30,067 nucleotides of DNA, taken from NCBI GenBank assembly GCA_013152625.1, contig JAADFY010000188.1, positions 1-30,067 on the forward strand, written 5' to 3'. The notes beneath the pieces were generated by a model. The model was not told where the DNA came from. It saw only the letters and a list, made by a program, of their open reading frames with translations, and searched no databases. The DNA is from Alphaproteobacteria bacterium. Lineage in GTDB: Bacteria > Pseudomonadota > Alphaproteobacteria > Rhizobiales > Devosiaceae. Each line of letters begins with the position of its first letter. The first letter of the stretch is position 1. A program made the translations under genes and the position numbers. Of the stretch, positions 1-8,827 are shown piece by piece.

Positions 1-312
1 CGGCTCGATGCGCCGGTGGAAATGGTCGGCATTCATTTAGTGGCTTCCGCTGAAGTGGGGCGGCTCGCCATCGAGAAAAAACCACAAGGTCCGGCCGACC
101 CCGGAGCGGCATACAAAGGCCAGCGAGAGGTGGATTTCGCCCTTGAGGGGGTGCATGAGGCGGCCATTTATGACGGCACGAAACTTGAGCCAGGCATGGC
201 ATTTGACGGGCCCGCCATTGTCGAGGACCCGGGCATGACTGCCGTCATTCACCCGGGGAACCGGGCAAAGGTGGATGGCTTTGGCAATATTGAAATTCAT
301 TTAGGCGCATGA
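1..312 (+). CDS. Hydantoinase/oxoprolinase A (ATP-binding) subunit, C-terminal fragment; 5' end outside window
   Basis: Frame open from base 1 (RLDAPVEMVGIHL...) to TGA at 310-312. AIYDGTKLEPGMAFDGPAIVEDPGMTAVIHPG...VDGFGNIEI is the typical HyuA/oxoprolinase C-terminus. Stop overlaps the next ATG (ATGA at 309-312). Confidence 0.85.
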   Translation, partial: RLDAPVEMVGIHLVASAEVGRLAIEKKPQGPADPGAAYKGQREVDFALEGVHEAAIYDGTKLEPGMAFDGPAIVEDPGMTAVIHPGNRAKVDGFGNIEIHLGA

Positions 313-1994
313 GGGAGCAGGACATGAACCAGTTGGCCAACGACCCCATTACCCAGGAAATCATTGAAAACTGCCTGCAGGCGGCAGCCGATGAAATGTT
401 TGCTGCCATGCGCAAGACCGCCATGAGTTCCATCATTTACGAGGTGCTCGACATGGGCACCGGCATTCTCGATGCCCGGGGCGAACTGGCCTGTTCGGGG
501 GCCGGCATACCCGCGTTCATCGGGGTGCTCGACAAGGCGGTCAAGGTGATTGTCAAAAAGTTCGACCAACCCGATGATATCGCGCCCGGCGATGTGTTTG
601 CCACCAATGATCCTTACTATGGCGGCGTCACCCACCTGAATGACATTATCGTTGCCATGCCGGTTTTTGCTGATGGACGCATTATCGCCTGGACGGCCAA
701 CATTGCCCATAATTCCGATGTGGGCGGCATGGCGCCGGGCTCTCTGACCGGGGATGCCACAGAAATATTTCAGGAAGGGCTGCGCCTGCCGGCCATCAAG
801 ATCATTTCAAAGGGTGCGCCGGTGCGCTCGGTCATGGACATTATCAAGGTCAATTCGCGCATGCCGGACGTGCTCGAAGGCGATGTGTGGGCCGCTATTG
901 CCTCCGTGCGGATCGGGGCCAAGCGGCTCGATGATCTGGCGGGAAAATACGGGGTCGGCACGTTTGTAAATGCCATGGCCGCTTTTATGGATTTTGGCGA
1001 GAAATGTTCTCTGGCCGCGTTGGCAAAAGTGCCCCATGGCAGGTTCGAGCTATCGGAGGAACAGGACGACGGGCGCATTTTCAACGTCAAGATCGAAATC
1101 ACCGACACCGAATTCATCCTTGATCTGCGCGACAATCCCGATCAGGCGCCCAACCCGGTCAATACCAGCCGCGACGGGGTGATGGTGGCGGCCCAGATGA
1201 TTTTCAAATCTCTTACCGACCCCTATTCGCCGTGCAATGAGGGCTCGTTTCGGCCCATTACGCTGCTTACCCGGGAGGGGTCGGTTTTTCACGCCAAAGA
1301 GCCCGCACCCATCGGCTTTTACTATGAGATCGAATTGCGGGTGTATGATCTGATCTGGCGCTGTTTAGCCCAGCATATGCCCGACCGGCTGGCCTCGGGC
1401 CATTTTGCTTCCGTGTGCGGCACGTTCATTGGCGGTACCCACCCCGATACCGGTCGGCAATATACGATCATTGAACCCCAGTTGGGCGGTTGGGGCGCCA
1501 GTCGCAAAGGTGACGGCAACTCGGCGATTTTTTGCGGGTTCCACGGCGAGACCTACAACTGCCCGGCGGAAATCAACGAGGCGCGCAACGGTTTGATCAT
1601 CGACCGGATGGAGCTTAATCTCGAGCCGGGGGGCGAGGGCCGGTTTACCGGGGGCCGCGGCATCCGGCTGGATTACCGCATCCGGGCTGACGGAAGTTTT
1701 CTTACCGCTGGTTATACCCGCTCGAAATTTCCCGCCTGGGCGCTGGATGGGGGCCATGAGGGATCGCCCAACTATGTGGAGGTCATTCGCACCGATGGCA
1801 CCAAAGAGCACTATTCGTTCGTGTCGGGCCTGACCATGAACAAGGACGATGTCATTCGCATCGTTACCGGAAACGGAGGCGGGATTGGTGCGCCAGCCGA
1901 GCGTTCGCCAGCGGCGGTGCGCGAGGATGTTCGAAATGGTTTGATTACGGCGGAGCGGGCGGCGGAAATTTACGGCATTTCGGATAAAAACTGA
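309..1994 (+). CDS. Hydantoinase B/oxoprolinase family protein (paralog 1)
   Basis: 561-aa ORF with DPITQEII...DEM...KTAMSSIIYEVLD, TNDPYYGGVTHLND, AHNSDVGG, GRFTGGRG and TGNGGGIG, plus the C-terminal VREDVRNGLITAERAAEIYG tail. Alternative start at ATG 324. Confidence 0.92.
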   Translation: MREQDMNQLANDPITQEIIENCLQAAADEMFAAMRKTAMSSIIYEVLDMGTGILDARGELACSGAGIPAFIGVLDKAVKVIVKKFDQPDDIAPGDVFATNDPYYGGVTHLNDIIVAMPVFADGRIIAWTANIAHNSDVGGMAPGSLTGDATEIFQEGLRLPAIKIISKGAPVRSVMDIIKVNSRMPDVLEGDVWAAIASVRIGAKRLDDLAGKYGVGTFVNAMAAFMDFGEKCSLAALAKVPHGRFELSEEQDDGRIFNVKIEITDTEFILDLRDNPDQAPNPVNTSRDGVMVAAQMIFKSLTDPYSPCNEGSFRPITLLTREGSVFHAKEPAPIGFYYEIELRVYDLIWRCLAQHMPDRLASGHFASVCGTFIGGTHPDTGRQYTIIEPQLGGWGASRKGDGNSAIFCGFHGETYNCPAEINEARNGLIIDRMELNLEPGGEGRFTGGRGIRLDYRIRADGSFLTAGYTRSKFPAWALDGGHEGSPNYVEVIRTDGTKEHYSFVSGLTMNKDDVIRIVTGNGGGIGAPAERSPAAVREDVRNGLITAERAAEIYGISDKN

Positions 1995-2036
1995 TTGTCT
2001 GTACGCTTTTTGAAAAAACGAAAAGGAACTTGATAA

Positions 2037-3137
2037 ATGCGGTCAGAAAACAAGCGTCTTGAGCGGCTGCGCGTGGCCATGGCGGACAAGCGGGTTGACC
2101 TGGTGGCGCTGGGGCCGGGGGCGCATATGCGCTGGCTGCTGGGGTTTTCTCCCCACGCCGATGAGCGGGCCTGCCTGTTGCTGGTCGGGCCGGCGGGCGA
2201 GGCGTTTTTGATGCCGGCCCTGAATGCCGAAGGGTCGCGGGAGCATACGGGCATTTCGTTTTTTGAATGGCGCGATGATATCGGCCCTGATGCCGCCCTT
2301 AAAGACGCGCTGGCCGCCGCCGGCGGGGCCGGGGCCGCCCGGGTGGTGCTGGATGAAACCATGCGGGCCGATTTTGCGCTGCTGGCGCTTGGGGAACTGC
2401 CCGGAGCACATCATGAATTTACCGGCTCCACTCTTGGGGAACTGCGCATGCGTAAGGATGGGGGTGAAATCGATCTGCTGAAAAAGAGCGCCGCCGTCAA
2501 TGACGTGGCCATGGGTGCGGGTATGGCCGCTATTCGGCCCGGCGTTTCCGAGCTTGAAATTGTCGAAGTCATCAAGGCGTCGTTTCTCGCCCAGGGCGCG
2601 ACCCCGATTTTTGTCATTGTGGCGGCGGGGCCGAACGGGGCTTTTCCCCATCACCAGCCGGGCAGGAAAAAACTGGCAGCCGGTGATGTGGTGGTCATGG
2701 ATATTGGCGCAAAAAAAGACGGGTTTCCCTCCGACATGACCCGAATGGGCGTGGTCGGATCGCCGCCGGAGGGCTATGAGGCCGTCCACGGGATTGTCGA
2801 GGCCGCGGTTGTGGCAGCCATGGCGGCGGCCCGGCCGGGGGTAAAAGCGAAGGATGTGGACGCGGCGGCGCGAAAGGTCATCACCGATGCCGGGTATGGG
2901 GAGTTTTTTGTCCATCGCACCGGCCATGGCCTTGGCATTGAAGTGCATGAACCGCCCTATATTACCGCGACCTCGGAAACGGTGCTGGACGAGAATATGG
3001 TATTTTCCATTGAGCCGGGCATTTACCTGCCGGGCCGGTTTGGCATCCGGTTAGAGGAAATCGTTGTCCTGGGGGCCGATGGGCCGGAAATATTGTCCGG
3101 TTTTTCCCGCGATATTTACCTCCACGCGGATCAATAG
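2037..3137 (+). CDS. M24 family Xaa-Pro peptidase (prolidase/aminopeptidase P-like)
   Basis: Creatinase/prolidase N-terminal domain plus a catalytic domain with all five expected metal ligands: D and D in MDIGAKKDGFPSDMTR, H in HRTGHGLG, E in IEPGIY, E in IRLEE. AAGGA Shine-Dalgarno-like motif upstream. Confidence 0.9.
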   Translation: MRSENKRLERLRVAMADKRVDLVALGPGAHMRWLLGFSPHADERACLLLVGPAGEAFLMPALNAEGSREHTGISFFEWRDDIGPDAALKDALAAAGGAGAARVVLDETMRADFALLALGELPGAHHEFTGSTLGELRMRKDGGEIDLLKKSAAVNDVAMGAGMAAIRPGVSELEIVEVIKASFLAQGATPIFVIVAAGPNGAFPHHQPGRKKLAAGDVVVMDIGAKKDGFPSDMTRMGVVGSPPEGYEAVHGIVEAAVVAAMAAARPGVKAKDVDAAARKVITDAGYGEFFVHRTGHGLGIEVHEPPYITATSETVLDENMVFSIEPGIYLPGRFGIRLEEIVVLGADGPEILSGFSRDIYLHADQ

Positions 3138-4726
3138 TGGCCCCCGCCGCCGATCCGTTCACGGTGTCGGTCATTCAGGCGGGGCTGATTGCTTCGGCGG
3201 ATGAAATGTTCGCGGTATTGAAAAAAACCGCCATGAGTCCGATCATTTATGAAGTGCTCGATGTGGGGACCGGCATTACCGATGCTGCGGGTAATCTGAT
3301 CAGTTCGGGGGCGGGTATTCCGACCTTTGTCGGGGTGCTCGACAAGGCAGTCCGGCGCATTATCGAAATTCATGGTGACGGGCACATTCAGCCCGGCGAC
3401 ATGTTCATCACCAATGATCCCTATTTCGGTGGTGTCACCCACTTGAACGATGTGGTGATCGCGTTGCCCGTATTTGTGAACGGCGAACGGGTGGCCTGGA
3501 GCGCTTCGATTGCCCACTGGAACGATGTGGGCGGCAAGGTTGCCGGTTCCATGGCCACCGATGTGGGCGAGATCTTTGCCGAGGGGCTGCGGCTGCCGGC
3601 GGTAAAGCTCTTTGAGGGGGGGAAAAAAATCGCGCCGGTTTTTGATATCATCGCCGTCAATTCCCGGTTGCCCGATTTTGTGGTGGGCGATCTATGGGCG
3701 CAAATTGCCGCCGGGCGCCGGGCGGAAAAGCGTATTGTCCAACTGGTGGAAACCTATGGGTTGCCGGATTTTTTCACGGCGCTGGCCGATCTGTTCGAAA
3801 CCGGTGAGCAACGGGCTCTGAGCGGTTTATCCGGACTGCCCAACGGTAAATTTACGATCACTGAAGAACAGGATGACGGTACGTGCTGGCGGGCGGCGAT
3901 TACCATTTCTCCGAACCGGTTCGAAGTGGATTTGCGCGGCAACCCGGCCCAGCGCGCCGCCCCCTACAATACCAGCCGCGACGGGGCGGTTATCTCGGGC
4001 CAGATGATTTTCAAGGCGCTGACCGACCCGACCCTTTTTGCCAACGCCGGTTCATTTCGCCCCCTTGAGGTCATAACCGAGCCGGGCACGATTTTTCATG
4101 CCACGGGCTCGGCGCCCCACGGCTTTTATTTTGAAACCCGGATCCGGCTTTATGACATGTTGTGGCAGGCCATGGCCAAAGTAATGCCGGCACGGCTTCC
4201 AGCAGGGCATTTCGCCTCGATCTGCGGCACGGTGCTGGCGGGCGTTCATCCCGACACCGGGCGCCGTTATACCATGGTCGAGCCGCAAATGGGGGGCTGG
4301 GGGGCCACAGCGGAGCGCGACGGGCTCGATGCCATGTATTCAGCCAGCCATGGGGATACGTTCAATTGTCCGGTGGAAATCTGTGAGGCGAGATATGGTA
4401 TCGAGGTGGGATACAAGAAGCTGGCCGCTCCGCCGGCGCCCGATCAGGGGCGGTTTCGTGGCGGACGGGGGGTCATGACCCAGTATCGAATGGGGGGTCA
4501 GGCGATGCTCTCGGTGGGGTTTTCGCGCAACCGGGTGCCGGTATGGGGCGCCAACGGCGGTCGTGCGGGGGGGACAAACCGGGTTCGGGTGCACCGCCGG
4601 AACGGGGCCAGCGAAAATTTAGGCTTTGCCAGCGGGGTGGCGCTAGAGCCCGGCGACGAGATTGAAATCGAAACGGCGGGCGGTGGCGGCTGGGGGACAA
4701 TGCCCGCCGGGGAAGTTCGCGGGTAA
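3137..4726 (+). CDS. Hydantoinase B/oxoprolinase family protein (paralog 2)
   Basis: 529-aa ORF. The GTG start overlaps the peptidase TAG (TAGTG, 3135-3139). Motifs TNDPYFGGVTHLND, AHWNDVGG, GRFRGGRG, TAGGGGWG. Confidence 0.9.
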   Translation: MAPAADPFTVSVIQAGLIASADEMFAVLKKTAMSPIIYEVLDVGTGITDAAGNLISSGAGIPTFVGVLDKAVRRIIEIHGDGHIQPGDMFITNDPYFGGVTHLNDVVIALPVFVNGERVAWSASIAHWNDVGGKVAGSMATDVGEIFAEGLRLPAVKLFEGGKKIAPVFDIIAVNSRLPDFVVGDLWAQIAAGRRAEKRIVQLVETYGLPDFFTALADLFETGEQRALSGLSGLPNGKFTITEEQDDGTCWRAAITISPNRFEVDLRGNPAQRAAPYNTSRDGAVISGQMIFKALTDPTLFANAGSFRPLEVITEPGTIFHATGSAPHGFYFETRIRLYDMLWQAMAKVMPARLPAGHFASICGTVLAGVHPDTGRRYTMVEPQMGGWGATAERDGLDAMYSASHGDTFNCPVEICEARYGIEVGYKKLAAPPAPDQGRFRGGRGVMTQYRMGGQAMLSVGFSRNRVPVWGANGGRAGGTNRVRVHRRNGASENLGFASGVALEPGDEIEIETAGGGGWGTMPAGEVRG

Positions 4727-4750
4727 GCGGTTGGCTTTTGCGTCTGGCTT

Positions 4751-5683
4751 TTAATTTCGCGGGTGGGCCCGCCGGTAAGCGGAAAGCAGATGGGCGGTAT
4801 CGACCTTTGTATAGACCTGGGTTGAAGACAGGGATGCGTGCCCCAGCAATTCCTGAATCGTGCGCAAATCTCCGCCCGAACCAAGCAAATGGGTGGCAAA
4901 CGAATGGCGCAGGGCGTGGGGGGTGGCCGTGGCCGGCAGCCCCAGGGCGGAGCGCATGAGTTCGATTTTCTTTTGAATGAGCCGGGGCGAAAGGGGGCCG
5001 CCTTTCAAGCCGCGAAATACCGGCTCCGCCGGCCCGACAATATAGGGGCAGATGGTGGTATAGTGCTCCAGTGCCGACCACACCGCCGGCAAAAGCGGCA
5101 CCAGCCGGGTCTTGTTGGCCTTGCCGGTCACCCGCAGGACAGCCTTGTCGGCCAGATCAGCGCTGGTCAGGGACAGGGCTTCACCAATGCGCAACCCGGC
5201 CCCATACAAGAGGGCGAGCACCGCGTGGTCCCGGGCCACGATCCACGGCACCTCATTGGCAGCGATGGTGTCGGATACGAGGCGGCGGGCCTGGGAGATC
5301 GTAAGCGCCTTGGGAATGGACTTTGCTTTTTTCGGCGATGAGATCGCCGCTAAAGCATCCCCCGAAGCGATCCCCTCGCGCTCAAGATACCGAAACCATG
5401 ATTTTAGCCCTGAAAGGGCCCGCGACAGCGTGCGCGAACCGGCATTTCCCGCCCGCCGGCGGGCCAGAAATGCACGCAGATCATGGGGCCGCAAATCGGC
5501 TAAGGTCGTGCGGCCAACAGTGCCGCCGCTGTGATCGGCGAGAAAAACATGGAACTGGCACACGTCGCGCTCATAGGCGGTTCGCGTATTGGTGGCCAGC
5601 CGGCGCACGTCAGTCATTTCCTGCAACCAGGAGGCAACCAGGTGTCGAATATCGGCATCCACGGGGATTAAAATCTCGGTCAT
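4751..5683 (-). CDS. xerC: Tyrosine recombinase XerC
   Basis: 310 aa with catalytic residues in LLYGAGLRIGE (R), VTGKANK (K), HALRHSFATH (HxxR), LGH and TQVYT (Y). SGGDLRTIQELLGHASLSSTQVYT and position divergent from priA fit XerC. Confidence 0.88.
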   Translation of the reverse strand: MTEILIPVDADIRHLVASWLQEMTDVRRLATNTRTAYERDVCQFHVFLADHSGGTVGRTTLADLRPHDLRAFLARRRAGNAGSRTLSRALSGLKSWFRYLEREGIASGDALAAISSPKKAKSIPKALTISQARRLVSDTIAANEVPWIVARDHAVLALLYGAGLRIGEALSLTSADLADKAVLRVTGKANKTRLVPLLPAVWSALEHYTTICPYIVGPAEPVFRGLKGGPLSPRLIQKKIELMRSALGLPATATPHALRHSFATHLLGSGGDLRTIQELLGHASLSSTQVYTKVDTAHLLSAYRRAHPRN

Positions 5684-5792
5684 CGCCCCAACATACCCCA
5701 GGGGGGATTACCGAAAGCCAAAGAGGGCGCGATAATTGACCGGGTGATTCGTAACGGGTGATAAAGCGTATCGCGCCCGTTCATGAGTCCGT

Positions 5793-5860
5793 GACCTGAC
5801 CCTAAGACCTGGCCCTAAAACCTGGCCCTAAGACCTGGCCCTAAAACCCGGCCCTAAAAC
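5793..5860. repeat. Tandem array of five 13-bp units (consensus RACCTGGCCCTAA) plus a 3-nt partial unit
   Basis: Units: gacctgaccctaa 5793-5805, gacctggccctaa 5806-5818, aacctggccctaa 5819-5831, gacctggccctaa 5832-5844, aacccggccctaa 5845-5857, aac 5858-5860. Confidence 0.97.
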
Positions 5861-5874
5861 AATGGAGCCCGCTG

Positions 5875-8040
5875 GTGGCAATCGCCCCGAATATGGTTGC
5901 AGTCATGGTAGCGGTTGCTGTCGAGCGCCCCTATACCTACCGGGTGCCCGAAGGCATGGTGGTCGGGCGCGGGACCATTGTGAGTGTTCCACTGGGCCCG
6001 CGTGACACGCTCGGGGTCGTCTGGGGCCCGCCAAAGGACATGGTGGCCCATAATCGGTTGCGTGATATTTCCCACCGGTTCGATGTGCCCGACCTGCCCG
6101 GCGAATTGCTCGATCTTGTGGACTGGATCGCCCGCTATACCCTGTCGCAGCCGGGGATGGTGGTGCGCTCGGTATTGCGGTCCCGCGAGGCGCTGGAGCC
6201 CGAACGGCTTTTGACCGCCTTTCGGCTGGCGGGCCCGCCCCCCGAACGTTTGACCGGGGCCCGAAAACGGGTGCTCGAACTGACCGCCGACGGCATGGCC
6301 TGGGCCAAATCAACCCTTGTGGGGGCCAGCGGTGTTTCTCCTTCGGTTATCGAGGGGTTGGCAAAACTTGGCACCCTCGAACAGATCGCTGTGCCCCCGC
6401 CGCCGCCCGTGGGCGCGCCAGACCCCGATTTTGCCAAAACCGAACTGAACCCGGATCAAACCCGTGCGTTAGCAAAACTGAGGGAAACCGGTGACGGATT
6501 TGGTGTCGCCCTGATCGACGGGGTGACCGGATCGGGCAAGACCGAGGTGTTTTTCGAAAGCGTAGCCGATTGTTTGCGAGACGATCGTCAGGTGATGATC
6601 CTGTTGCCCGAAATTGCCCTCACCCATGCATTTCTCGACCGGTTCGAGGCTCGGTTTGGCGCCCGGCCCGGGGAATGGCATTCCGATATGACCCCGGCCC
6701 AGCGGACCCGCATGTGGCGGGCGGTGGCAAACGGAAAGGTGCCCGCTTTGGTGGGTGCCCGCTCGGCTCTTTTTTTGCCGTTTCCCGATCTGGGGCTCAT
6801 CGTGATTGACGAAGAACATGACGGTGCTTTCAAACAGGCTGAGCGGGTCAATTATCATGGCCGCGACATGGCTGTAGTCCGGGCCAGGCTGGCCGGGGCA
6901 AAAGTCATTCTCTCCTCGGCTACTCCTTCGGTGGAAAGCCGGAACAACGCCAATTCGGGGCGCTACGCACATATTGTCCTGCCCCGGCGCCACGCCAGCG
7001 CCACCCTGCCTGACATTGCGGCCATCGACATGCGCACCGAAGGACCTGAAAAGGGTGAATGGATCGCACCGCGTCTGGCGAGGGAAATTTTTGCCACCCT
7101 GGATCGCGGCGAACAGGTGTTGTTGTTTTTGAACCGTCGCGGCTATGCTCCCTTAACCCTGTGCCGCCAGTGCGGTCATCAGTATCAGTGCCCGGACTGC
7201 GCCGCCTGGCTGGTCCAGCACCGGTTTCGAGGGCGTTTGATGTGCCACCATTGCGGCCACGAAACCGCAATTCCGGATACGTGTGGCGCCTGCGGGGCAA
7301 AAGATGCGCTGGTGGCGGTGGGGCCGGGCATCGAGCGCATTGCCGAGGAGGCCGCGATACGGTTCCCCGATGCCCGCCGGGTGGTCTTGTCTTCGGACAG
7401 TGGCGGCATTGGCCAGTTGCGGGCCCGGTTTGCCGAGATTGCCGCTGGCGAACATGATCTGATCATCGGCACCCAACTGGTGGCCAAGGGACACCATTTT
7501 CCCGCCCTTAACCTGGTGGGGGTGCTCGATGCTGATCTGGGGCTGTCCCACGGTGACCCTCGGGCCGGGGAAAAAACCTTTCAGATCCTTACCCAGGTGA
7601 CCGGGCGGGCCGGGCGGGCCAGCCAGCACGGCAAAGCCTTTTTACAAACCCACGTGCCCGAGCATCCCGTTATTGCCGCCATGGTCCGGGGCGACCGGGA
7701 AGCGTTTTACGCCCATGAACTGGCCGCCCGCGAAAAAGCGGGCATGCCGCCTTTTGGTCGGCTGGCCGCCCTGGTGGTTTCGGCCACCGAACATGATGTG
7801 GCGTTCGGTCACGCCCGGACCCTGCTGCAGGGGGCGCCCCGGGCGGAGGGGGTGGCGCTTTTCGGACCCGCCGATGCGCCGGTGGCCATGGTTCGCGGCC
7901 GCCACCGGGTCCGGCTGCTGGCCAAGGCTTTCAAGGGGTTTGATCTTTCCGCTTATGTCCGGTTCTGGCTGGCCAATGGCCCCCCGGTTCGCGGCAACTT
8001 GCGCGTTCAGGTGGATATTGATCCCATGAGCTTTTACTAG
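5875..8040 (+). CDS. priA: Primosomal protein N' (replication restart helicase)
   Basis: 721 aa with Walker A GVTGSGKT, DEEH, the Zn-binding cysteine cluster (CRQC...CPDC...CHHC...CGAC) and QVTGRAGRA. GGAG lies 7 nt before the GTG start. Confidence 0.95.
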   Translation: MAIAPNMVAVMVAVAVERPYTYRVPEGMVVGRGTIVSVPLGPRDTLGVVWGPPKDMVAHNRLRDISHRFDVPDLPGELLDLVDWIARYTLSQPGMVVRSVLRSREALEPERLLTAFRLAGPPPERLTGARKRVLELTADGMAWAKSTLVGASGVSPSVIEGLAKLGTLEQIAVPPPPPVGAPDPDFAKTELNPDQTRALAKLRETGDGFGVALIDGVTGSGKTEVFFESVADCLRDDRQVMILLPEIALTHAFLDRFEARFGARPGEWHSDMTPAQRTRMWRAVANGKVPALVGARSALFLPFPDLGLIVIDEEHDGAFKQAERVNYHGRDMAVVRARLAGAKVILSSATPSVESRNNANSGRYAHIVLPRRHASATLPDIAAIDMRTEGPEKGEWIAPRLAREIFATLDRGEQVLLFLNRRGYAPLTLCRQCGHQYQCPDCAAWLVQHRFRGRLMCHHCGHETAIPDTCGACGAKDALVAVGPGIERIAEEAAIRFPDARRVVLSSDSGGIGQLRARFAEIAAGEHDLIIGTQLVAKGHHFPALNLVGVLDADLGLSHGDPRAGEKTFQILTQVTGRAGRASQHGKAFLQTHVPEHPVIAAMVRGDREAFYAHELAAREKAGMPPFGRLAALVVSATEHDVAFGHARTLLQGAPRAEGVALFGPADAPVAMVRGRHRVRLLAKAFKGFDLSAYVRFWLANGPPVRGNLRVQVDIDPMSFY

Positions 8041-8067
8041 CGATGTCAGATTCAAACCCGCCACCGC

Positions 8068-8096
8068 TTGCGCGGCCTTAAAGCGCGTGGTATTCG
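8068..8096 (+). promoter_or_regulatory. Putative sigma70-type promoter of the atpHAGDC operon
   Basis: TTGCGC-N17-TATTCG with TGG immediately before the -10 element. Pattern match only. Confidence 0.35.
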
Positions 8097-8234
8097 GACC
8101 CGCGAAATGCAAAAAAGGCCCCGGCACCGGGGCCATTTCTACGTCAATTGCCAACCGCCAGCCCTGTCGGACATGTACGAACCGGGCGGGCCGGGTGGCG
8201 CTGGAAATTATGGGGCCCCAGAGCGGGTTTCATG

Positions 8235-8266
8235 GGGGTTTGAGGGACCGGGGGTTTGAAGGACCG
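8235..8266. repeat. 16-bp tandem duplication covering the atpH ribosome-binding site
   Basis: ggggtttgagggaccg (8235-8250) followed by ggggtttgaaggaccg (8251-8266), one mismatch, directly before the TTG start. Confidence 0.9.
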
Positions 8267-8827
8267 TTGAGCGCAAACAATTCAGTTCTAAGCCATATTG
8301 CCCGTCCTTATGCGTCGGCGCTGTTTGATCTGGCCGGTGAGGCTGGCGAACTGGCAGACGTGGAGGCGGGTCTTGATCAGGTGGCCCAGCTGGCCGGCAC
8401 CAGCGACGATTTTGCCAGTTTCCTGCGCTCACCGGTTATATCGGCCGATGACAAATCCGCCACCATCGCCGCCATCATCAAAAAGGCCGGCGCCATCGGG
8501 CTCGTGGCCAACTTTTTAAGTCTGGTGGCCCGCAACCGGCGTTTGTTCGCCCTGGTGACCATGATCGGCGAGTTCAAGCGTCTCGCTGCGGGCGCCCGGG
8601 GCGAAATGCGGGCCGAAATCACCTCCGCGACACCCCTGTCGGCGGCCCACAAAAAGGGTCTGGCAGTGGCGCTGAAGAAAAAACTGGGCAATTCGATTGC
8701 CCTGGATACGCGTGTCGATCCCACTTTGATCGGCGGGCTGCAGGTCAAGGTCGGCTCGCAAATGATCGACACGTCCTTGCGCACAAAATTGACCGCCATG
8801 AAAATGGCCATGAAAGAGGTCGGGTAA
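8267..8827 (+). CDS. atpH: F0F1 ATP synthase subunit delta
   Basis: [13 protein letters not shown]...[27 protein letters not shown]. Start set at TTG 8267 (GAAGGA upstream) rather than the ORF-track start 8087. Confidence 0.93.
   Translation: MSANNSVLSHIARPYASALFDLAGEAGELADVEAGLDQVAQLAGTSDDFASFLRSPVISADDKSATIAAIIKKAGAIGLVANFLSLVARNRRLFALVTMIGEFKRLAAGARGEMRAEITSATPLSAAHKKGLAVALKKKLGNSIALDTRVDPTLIGGLQVKVGSQMIDTSLRTKLTAMKMAMKEVG

Noticed and set aside
4751-5683. Tyrosine recombinase as the integrase of a genomic island carrying the hydantoinase cluster
   Set aside because: Size, sequence motifs and position opposite priA fit housekeeping XerC. I saw no att-like direct repeats.
5793-5860. 13-bp array as a CRISPR array, or as a telomere-like (CCCTAA/TTAGGG) repeat
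   Set aside because: Units are contiguous with no spacers, far shorter than CRISPR repeats, and no cas genes are present. The CCCTAA hexamer sits inside a 13-mer in an internal intergenic region, so the match is probably coincidental.
5862-6005. ATG at 5862 as a frameshifted true start of priA
   Set aside because: It is out of frame, and the GGAG within it is well spaced (7 nt) for the in-frame GTG at 5875, so no frameshift needs to be invoked.
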